Assembly (NCBI RefSeq): GCF_009914755.1
Contig: NC_060939.1
Source of the DNA: the human T2T-CHM13v2.0 reference genome, Homo sapiens
DNA: 64,000 bases
Direction: 5' to 3' (one strand)
In this document: positions 54,158-64,000 of the stretch, in pieces
Numbering within the stretch: the stretch's first letter is position 1
Layout of the letters: each line of letters starts with the position of its first letter
Position numbers and translations under genes: made by a program
Notes under the pieces: generated by a model
Told to the model about the DNA's origin: nothing
The model's input: the letters and a program-made list of their open reading frames with translations, nothing else
The model's database searches: none

Positions 54158-55117
54158 TCAAAGAATTGGCAAAACATCTGCTCCATAGGTCTTATGTAGC
54201 TTGAATGATAGTGGATTTGAAATAGAATTATGAAACTCCATATGTCTGTGGCCGTGGAAGTTATTTAATAGTGTTAAACAGGAAGTAGCAGAAAATCTTT
54301 AGTTTGGGAAATTACTTTTCAGCACAGATTTATTCAGTATGTTGGCCTTCCAATCAAAAGCTAGAACAAGGCACTGCAGGTCAACAGAAAAAGACAACAG
54401 ACATAGAGCGCTGGATATCAGATCACAGACAGAGGACAGAGTTCAAGAAACTCACAAATATAGATCAAAGTAATCTTCAGGGCAATAATAAATTGATGGG
54501 TGGAATTTTGAGGAATGTATTATAAGGAAGCAAAACTTTGGAAATGCAGTTAGTTTAGACTTTATAGCTAATAAAGTCTGAACTTTGATAATTTTTTCAA
54601 CTAAAATATTGAGAAATATCTTAATTAGTATTAAAATCCATGATTCAAGGCAATAACCATTTTTGCAAAACAATGTAGAAAAAAATAAAGTTATATACAG
54701 AGAACAAATTCAGGACAATAAAAACAGAAATAAATAGCAGAATGGAGACATTTTATTTATGCCTAGTTGGTTAAGCATTTTACTGATTCTTAAAGAAGCA
54801 GAATTAGTGGTTGATAGAGAACTATTATGTAGAGCATTTATGATTTATATATCTGCATTCATGATTAAGTTAACATTATGCTGAATGTAATGCAGTTTCC
54901 ATTTTATAATGTAGGTTTTGTCATTTTCGAACATTTATTTTTATTATAAAACCTCAAGAAAAGGACCTTCTTTCTTCTGGCCTTTCCTTCTCAAATATCG
55001 TATTATTTTTCATGAGTTACCCCGCAAATGCCAGGGGTCTGATCTTTAATCCTCTTCTCTTTTAACATATACAAACTTCCTATGGGTTATCTCAAAACTC
55101 CCACATTTGTTTCACAA

Positions 55118-55312
55118 TGTAGTAGACACAGAAATACACTCCCCAGATCCCCCTTGAAGGTAGGATGTGCTATCAAACTACAGAAAGTGTAGCCAGTCAA
55201 CGGCCTTCAGAATGCACCTCAATTACAGAGAGCCACCTCACCCAAGGTCATGCCCTTCCCAGAAGAACCCATCTCTGGTGACTGAGTGAGGTAAAAGTAT
55301 AAAGACCTAGCT
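55118..55312 (+). mobile_element. LTR16 (B-like) ERVL LTR, 5' half
   Basis: cccagatccccctt...cagagagccacctcacccaaggtcatgcccttcc...gtataaag. Confidence 0.7.
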
Positions 55313-55319
55313 TATATTT

Positions 55320-56290
55320 TTAAAAAATGAGAAAATAACTCAGTCCAAAATCATATAGCAAAGAAAATCATAGAAATAAGATGGTAAAAATTAATCCATA
55401 TCAATAATCACAATAAATATATGTAAACTATGTTATTTAGTTAAAAGAATAAGATATTCAAATTATGGTTTAAAAACTTATAAAAGAGATGATTGAAACA
55501 TGAAGACATAGAAATATTGAAAGGTAAACAATAGAAAAGTAGTAATTGTGCAGCTCTATTATAATATAAAATGAAATAAATTTAAAGGTAATAGCTTTGC
55601 TAGTAATGAAGAGAATCATTATATAATAATATAATAGTCCCTTTGCCAAGAAGTTACTAAAGTTTTAAACATTTATGCATCTAATAACTTGACTTTGAAA
55701 TAATTTTAAATAAGGGCAGAAATTCATGAAAGAAAAAATAAAGATACAGTAGAGAAGATCAAAGAATCCAAACACCGGCTTTTTGAAAAACAAATAAGAT
55801 TAATGAACCATTAGCAAGAGAGATTATAAAAAAAGGAGCAGAGGTAATCAATAAGAATGCATAATTAGAGTCAATAGACATAAAATAAATAATAGAAAAC
55901 TATAAACTAGTATATATCATTAAATTTGAAAAATTAAACATGAACATATGCCTACAAAAAATATACTTCAAAAAACTGACTCTAGAAGAAATAGAAACTG
56001 TCAATGACATAAGCGACTAAAGAAATTGAAACATTTTCTCAAAAGAAAACACTAGGCTTAGATTATTTTATATAAATTCTCTGCAAAATATTCAGTAAAT
56101 AAACAATTTTAATCTTAGACTAACTCTTCCATAAAAGAGAAAAAGAGGGTACATTTTCTAAATTATTTTATTTGCTCAGTATATCTTTGATATCAAATCA
56201 GATAAAGGTAATATAAAAAGTGTAAAAAGAAAATTATAGGCCAATTCACTTATGAAATGAATGCAAAAGTAACTAAACAAATGCCAGGTA
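55320..56290 (+). mobile_element. Old L1M ORF2 remnants
   Basis: acatttatgcatctaataac; aaaactgactctagaagaaatagaaa; aaaattataggccaattcacttatgaa. Confidence 0.7.
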
Positions 56291-56304
56291 TGAAATACAT
56301 AATA

Positions 56305-56766
56305 AATATATAAAGAGATTTTTCATAGGTAATTGGGAGTATGGAGGTGGAAAAGTCCCAAAATCTATAATCAAGAAGCTAGAGACCCAGGCGAGTCAAC
56401 AAAGTAGGCATAGTCCAACTCCAAAGGTCAGAGAATCAGGAGAGCTGATGGTGTAAGCCCAAAAGCTGGCAGGCTTGAGACTCAAAAAGACATAACTTTT
56501 TAGTTTGAGCCTAAAGGCAAAGATCAACTCCAGCAGTCAGGCAGACTGAGTTCACTCTTATTCAGCCTTCGTGATCTATTCAGGTTTTCACTTGGTTAGA
56601 TGAGGCCCACCTACGTTAGTGAGGGCACTCTTATTCACTCAGCCCACCTTTAAAATGTCAATATCATCTACAAACACCCTCACAGACACACCAAGAATAA
56701 TATTTGACCAAAGATCTGTGCACCCTTTGGCCCAATCAAGTTTGACACATAAAATCAGCTATCACA
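56305..56766 (-). mobile_element. MLT2B-like ERVL LTR
   Basis: gatgaggcccacc...aaacaccctcacagacacacc...caagtttgacacataaaatcagctatcaca. Confidence 0.8.
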
Positions 56767-57135
<369 letters not shown>

Positions 57136-57159
57136 TTATAGCAGTGAAAATTAGTGAAC

Positions 57160-58844
57160 CCTTTTGCTGTTCTGCAGCCTCCGCTGGTGATACCTAGGTA
57201 AACAGGGTCTGGAGGGGACCTCCAGCAAACTCCAGAAGACCTGCAATGAGGGGCCTGATTGTTAGAAGGAAAACTAACAAACAGAAAGGAATAGCACATC
57301 CACTCAGAGACCCCCATCTGAAGGTCACCAACATCAAAGACGAAAGGTAGATAAATCCACAAAGATGGGGAGAAACCTGCGCAAAAAGGCTGAAAATTCC
57401 AAAAACTACAATGCCTCTTCTCCTTGAAAAGTTCACAACTCCTCGCCAGCAAGGGAACAAAACTGGATGGAGAATGAGTTTGATGAATTGACAGAAGTAG
57501 GCTTCAGAAGGTGGGTAATGACAAATTCCTCCGAGCTAAAGGAACATGTTCAATCCCAATGCAAGGAAGCTAAGAACCTGAAAAAAGGTTAGGTGAATTG
57601 CTAACTAGAATAAACAGTTTAGAGAAAAACATAAATGACCTGACGGAGCTGAAAAACACATCATGAGAACTTCATGAAGCATACACAAGTATCAATAGCC
57701 AAATCGATCTAGTGGCAGGATATCAGAGATTGAAGATCAACTTGATGAAATAAAGCAAGAAGACAAGATTAGAGAAAAAAGAATAAAAAGGAACGAACAA
57801 ACCCTGTAAGAAATATGGGACTATGTGAAAAGACCAAATCTACGTTTGATTGGTGTACCTGAAAGTGACTGGGAGAATGGAAATAAGTTGGAAAACACTC
57901 TTCAGGATATTATCCAGGAGAACTTCCCCAACCTAGCAAGGCAGGCCAACATTCAAATTCAGGAAATATAGAAACAGAAACACTACAAAGTTACTCCTTG
58001 AGATGAGCAACCCCAAGACACATAATCGTCAGATTCACCAAGGATGAAATGATGGACAAAATGTCAAGGGCAGCCAGAGAGAAAGGTCCGTTTACCCACA
58101 AAGGGAAGCCCATCAGGCTAACAGCGGATCTCTCTGCAGAAACCCTACAAGCCAGAAGACAGTGGGGGCCAATATTCAACATTCTTAAAGAAAAGAATTT
58201 TCAATCCAGAATTTCATATCCAGCCAAACTAAGCTTTATAAGCAAAGGAGAAATAAAATCCTTCACAGACAAGCAAATGCTAAGAGATTTTTTCACCATC
58301 AAGCCTGCCTTACAAGAGCTCCTGAAGGAAGCACTAAACATGGAAAGGAACAACCAGTACCAGCCACTGCAAAAACATGCCAAATGGTAAAGAACATCAA
58401 CACTATGAAGAAACAGCATCAACCAATGGGCAAATTAACCAGCTAGCATCATAATGACAGAATCAAATTCACACATAACAATATTAACCTTAAATGTAAA
58501 TGGGCTAAATGCCCCAATTAAAAGACACAGACTGGGAAAATAGATAAAGAGTGAAGACCCATCGGTGTGCTGTATTCAGGAGACCCATCTCATGTGCAAA
58601 GACACACATAGGCTCAAAATAAAGGGATGGAGGAATATTTACCAAGCAAATGGAAAGCAAAAAAAAAAAAAAAAAAAAAGCAGGCGTTGCAATCCTAATC
58701 TCTGATAAAACAGACTTTAAACCAACAAAGATCAAAAGAGACAAAGAAGGGCATTACATAATGGTAAAGGGATCAACACATCTAGAAGAGCTAACTATCC
58801 TAAATATATATGCACCCAATACAGGAGCACCCAGATTCATAAAG
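57160..58844 (+). mobile_element. L1PA6/7-type internal fragment: end of 5'UTR, disrupted ORF1 (57365-58390), start of ORF2 (ATG 58454)
   Basis: KGKPIRLTADLSAETLQARRQWGPIFNILKEKNF (ORF1p); AGVAILISDKTDFKPTKIKRDKEGHYIMVKGS (EN domain); no 3' end or poly-A. Confidence 0.92.
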
Positions 58845-59559
58845 TAGTTGTGTTCTATAAAGCCACAGCTAACACTGAATTAGCAAATACTGAACCATTG
58901 CTCCTAAGGGATAGTTAAGTTCCTGCAAGCTTCTAGTCACATTTTTATCAACAAATCAATACATAGCCTTATTTTATGTTTGTTTATGTGTAAAGACACC
59001 ATTTTATTTTATTTTAACTTTTTTTTTTTTGAGACGTAATCTCACTCTGTCCCCCAGGCTGGGGTGCAGTGGCACGATCTTGGCTTATTGCAACCTCCTC
59101 CTCCCTGACACACTGTTAATTCATTAGCACTGAACTCACAGCTGATAGCACTATAATTCATGCCTGCACAGACCTTACCCAAAATGCGTATTTTCTCTGT
59201 AAGGCATATAACAGCCTTCTTGTGCTTAGGAATACTAGACAGCACTTCAGCACTATGCTTAGGGACAATTTTAAACAGGGAAATCACCAACAAAAAGCAC
59301 AAAAATTCAAAAAAGATGGCACTAAATAGACCTCAGAAAGGACACTTACATTACGAATGCTGAGGCAAGAAAGCAGAGTATCACCTTGTTCAGTCTCAGC
59401 TAGTAACGTACATGTCAGGTGACTCAAATTTTTTTACCACTGTTTATATGCCTGCAAATGCCAAGAAAGCACCACAAACATTGATTTTGAGGTTCCAGTA
59501 ACTTTTAGTGATTAGGCAAATTTGCAAATACGGAATCTGTGATAATAAAAAATGACTGT
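58845..59559 (-). mobile_element. MER82 (Tigger-family) element lacking one terminus
   Basis: ctagacagcacttcagcac; aaatcaccaacaaaaagcacaaaaa; tttgcaaatacggaatc...gactg TIR. Confidence 0.8.
59001..59107 (-). mobile_element. Alu 3' fragment inside MER82
   Basis: Poly-T followed by ~70 bp of the right monomer. Confidence 0.85.
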
Positions 59560-60765
59560 GTACACACACTCACTTTTGCATGTAGCAAACATTAAATCAT
59601 TTTTAAATGGGAAGAAAAAACATTCCTTATGCCTTTGTAGCTCAAAGGTGTGACTGAGTTACATGCATCTGCTCATATCATAAAAAGGCTTGAATCCTTC
59701 TCCACTATACCTCCTCCACAATGATCTCACACAGTGATTCTAGAAGTAACCAGGGTACTGCCTCCCAAGGTTCTTTGTGCACCCTAGTCATCCTGCTGTA
59801 CTAGTCCCGTCTCTCAGAGGTTGCTTTACTCTCACTGGTCAACATGTGCTGCCAAGACTTCCAGAGAAGCTTCACTACCCAATGCTCACTGGCATAAGAA
59901 AGCCATGACCATGGCTTATGTGCAATTTCTGTGTTCACCTAAAAGGATGTCATTTTCCAGGAGCCGATGGGCACCATGCATACAAAAAGGTAAGGGTGTT
60001 TTCTACAATGCCACTTCAAAGTTGGTTGCCTGGGTTCCTAAAGTTGCCCTGAGGCCAATCTTATAAAATCTCTACTAAATGGGAATTTCAGCTACGACCT
60101 TTAACACTTTTCACTTGGCTCGAAATCAATCCAAAGAAATCAGTGGAAATTTAGCTTCTTCTCATCTCTAGGCCACTGTCTCCACCAAATTCATCTCTCC
60201 TCATCTCTAATATGTATAAAGAAAGATGACAAATATTAGGAGAAAAGACATGGGCTATTATCTACACCTGGCAACAGACAGTCTTGTTAGAGTTTATTGT
60301 AGGAAATCTCAGCTCCATAGCCTACTGAAGAATTTTGTGGGTGGAGTTTCCTTTAAACTCTGAATTAAAAACCTCTTTTACTCACAATGTTCAAATAAAT
60401 TGGAAATAAATTGGTCATATGTTTCCCATTTTCCTTTCCCACAGCTGAGTCAATATAAAAGTTCTATTAGCTTGAAATGGAGAAAACACATTTTCTTGAA
60501 AGATGGAAATTCCAATGATTGCCCGATGAACAAATACCATCAAGGATCTCCATTTATTTTAGCTGAAATTTAGAATATGTATTCGAAGATCAGCCTTAAC
60601 TCCCAACAACAAAAAAACGGTCTAGTAATATATGCAAGGTAACGTGGGTTCTTAAGCTACTATTTGCCTTAAATATAATTAGAGCTTTTCATGAGTGTCA
60701 CTTAATTTTGTGCCTCCTTTCAAAACTTTAAGAAATAAATAACTGTAATTGATTATCACCTCTGA

Positions 60766-61116
<351 letters not shown>

Positions 61117-62289
61117 CACATTAACAGTATTTTAGTAAGAGTTTATGCAAATCAGATAATCTCCGATCATGATAAATTTTAACTACTCTTGTTCTTGTAC
61201 TTACTGTAACTTAATTGTTTAGGAAGTGTTTAAGGTTACACCCAGAATTTAAATTTCAAGTTTTCTTCTAAGCTTTTTCTACATTAAATCCAGATACTCA
61301 ATCTTCTCCCAGTGATTGAAGGATAATTATTTAAATTTGATAGCAGGAAAAACTCTATCATTTAGAGTTCTCATTACCAATGATTTTTTTAATGTAAAAT
61401 ACAATAATTTCTGTGATTTAAAATAATATCTTGGCTTTCATTCTTTCATGTCCATTAAAATTCCACAGTTCCTTTATCTCTCAGTCCCTCTGACATTTCC
61501 AAACTGTGAGGTCCTAATTGTCTTACAAATACAACATTTAAACAGCATGGATAATTAGGTAAAATTGTGTTCCAAAGAAAAGCAAATCAAACACCTATTG
61601 TTTTTCCCTTATTGACAGAAAATAACTTATTTCCTTGAATGAATACATATCTTATTTGTCTTTCACACTATACTTGATGGCAGGCCTCCAAAAAAGAGGT
61701 TTCAAAATGTTAAGCCAAAGATCTCTGGAAACCTCTGTAAAGTAAGAATTTTAATTTAATATCCAATGGTAATACATGTGTATTCTCAGACCTTTGGCAA
61801 TAACAGTGAGATGTTATTATTCTAAGCTGTATGGACTATGAAACTTAGATAAATTTAACCTTATGAATGTAATTTCATGCTCTTAATGTACTTTATTTCA
61901 CTGATGGACATTTCCCTTCAAAATATTTTCCCTAATTTCTATGCCTATCTTCTTTATAATGCCATGACTCCTTTAGTAGGTGCCAGATTGCTCTTTAGAG
62001 TCTCTAGTCTAGTCTACTTCTGGCTCTTCCTAACACTATAATTTAAGCCTGCATTTGCTTATGGCTAAAGCCAAAGTGTACTCAGAGTTTTAATCATGGC
62101 TCTGTAATTACTCTTAATTTAATCTTAATGTCCACTGGTATTTATTTATCATCCTGGTTAATGTGCAGAATTTTAAAGAATTCCTTAAATCTGTTTTGGA
62201 ATACAAACCAGCACATATATACAGCATCCTATTTATGACTCTGATAAACTAGGCATGACTTTCCTTTGGTTACAATGGAGGTATTAAAA

Positions 62290-62880
62290 TTTATTCATGA
62301 GCTATTAAGCCTACAAGTCATTGCCTATTCTACACTAGACATGGTGATATAAAAATGAAGACCCTTAGTTCTGTCAATGAAGCACTTACAGCACAGAAAC
62401 GTAAGACAGATCTCTAAGCAAATATACCTAACAAGAAATTACAGTTGTGATAATTAAAATACTCACAGACATAGATGGACACAAAAAAACTGAGTGGCCA
62501 GTTCCCCAGGGGAGTGTCAGGGTGAAGAAAGGCAATTCAGATTAAAAGTATTTTGGAAAAGCTGTGTGGAAGAGGTTGTGACCCTGGAGGGTTCTGGGAA
62601 CTCCAGTCTCCATGACTGGAACTTACAGGGCAAAGGGTTTTTTTGGAAAGAAAAGGCTTGGAGAGAGTTGAGATCATGGCAGGCCTTGTCTGGTATAACG
62701 ATAGTTTGAACTTTATCCTACAGTTAAAAGGGAGCCAATAAGCACTGGAGTAACATGACCAACTAGTTTGGTATAAAGAGGATTCAGTAACCATGGAAAC
62801 TAGACAAAAGCAAAAAGAGCAGCTTGAAACTACCCCAAGAGTTCAGACAAGGGACTTCGCTCCTTCAGCTTGGGGCTGTG
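62290..62880 (-). mobile_element. L2 3' region
   Basis: agatcatggcaggccttg...tttgaactttatcct...gggagcca. Confidence 0.6.
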
Positions 62881-64000
62881 GTCAGAATAAAGTGATTACT
62901 AGTAACAAAGTGCTCCAATTCCCTCTGAAAGTAGAATGCAGAGCCAGATTAAAAAAATAATAATTTTGTCATATAAACAAAGAACCACTCTAGATCACTT
63001 GATGCATTTTCTAAGTTTGAACACAGCAGTGAAATTTGGGGCCTTGATTGCACAGCCTAGGGCCAAACCAGTGCTTAATTTGAGGTCATCATATGACATG
63101 ATAAGACAGTGCTAGAAAACAATTTGTTCATTACTTTCCCCTACAAAAACTCAAAGCATTAATTTTGCATGTGATAAAAATGAGCTCTTTGAAAAGGTAT
63201 AAAAATTAACTACTAAGTGACATGGACAACAGGTGTTCATCCAAGCATTTCCCTTTGTGTGCCTAGGCCATAAGAGTGTCTGTTGCTTGCATCCTTGGGA
63301 GTCTGGAAGGATAAAATCATCAGTGCGATGAAACAATTTCCCTGAAGAAGGGCATGAAAGGTCACCAGCACTTGGTTCTATCCGAGAGCCCTGATCCATT
63401 GGCCTATGGAACTTGCTAATTCTCAGAACCACAATGACAAAAATCATAGTTGTTACTGGTATTCTCTTGTCCCTTTGAGTCCTCAATCTCAATATATTAA
63501 ACCACCAGATGAAGTAGTCGGGTAAGTAATCCTTTTGGCCTAAAACATAGGAAGGAAAAGCCAAAAACTATTTTTGTGTTCCTGAATTGATCTGGGACAA
63601 CAGAATCAGCTCAGAAAACAGCGAGAATTAGCAGAGAATAGATTTGTTCTCAGTGATATTGATTCATCGCAAACTTTACACTAATTTCCACGTGGTTTCT
63701 TTTGGCCCAGTTGCCCTGGGGCTTTGTCTCCATTACTTGTGATAAACCCATAATGTGCCAATGCAAATTTATTAACTCACAAAGTATTCTACAGAGTATA
63801 AAAATGCAAAACAGCACTGATATAAATCAGGAATAGCAGCAGGCAATAACATACCCAATCTGTGAGGTGTGTATTATTTTCCTTAAGAGAAAGATTATAC
63901 TCAAGGAAGATTATTTATAGTTTCCTTTTGAATGATGTTAAAAAATATTCAGAAAGCCAAATTAAACTTGCATAAGTGATTCAGTGATTTTCATTTCAAC

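Noticed and set aside
63151-63564. 137-aa minus-strand ORF (similarly 16625-17017, 35999-36382, 10137-10484)
   Set aside because: No recognisable domain or splice context; length compatible with chance given alternative start codons

Overview
AT-rich, CpG-depleted primate DNA (very likely human, given Alu J/S/Y, L1PA, THE1/MST, Tigger1, MIR and L2), intergenic or deep intronic. I found no CpG island, no RNA gene and no coding exon I can recognise. The ORF-track entries are mostly Alu, L1 or Tigger remnants or chance ORFs. About half the window is interspersed repeat. The large elements are a near full-length Tigger1 (1794-4480), a ~7 kb L1PA15/16-type LINE with nested Alus and a tiny young L1 (23836-30773), a twin-primed L1 (33.1-34.6 kb) and an L1PA6/7 ORF1 fragment (57.2-58.8 kb). 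I do not see a new gene system. The most distinctive unexplained structure is a set of local copy-and-repair scars. Three non-tandem direct duplications of 135-225 bp of otherwise unique DNA lie 1.3-2.4 kb apart; two are followed by iterative AT-rich filler and one has a 64-bp fully identical segment carrying an AP-1 site. Two template-switch scars sit inside L1s. Other leads: a 180-nt stop-free candidate exon on the minus strand, a pre-miRNA-like hairpin, an AP-1-centred 27-bp palindrome, a strong CTCF motif and a closely spaced inverted Alu pair. Repeat families were called from remembered consensus sequences, not a RepeatMasker run. Subfamily labels and the boundaries of old elements are approximate.
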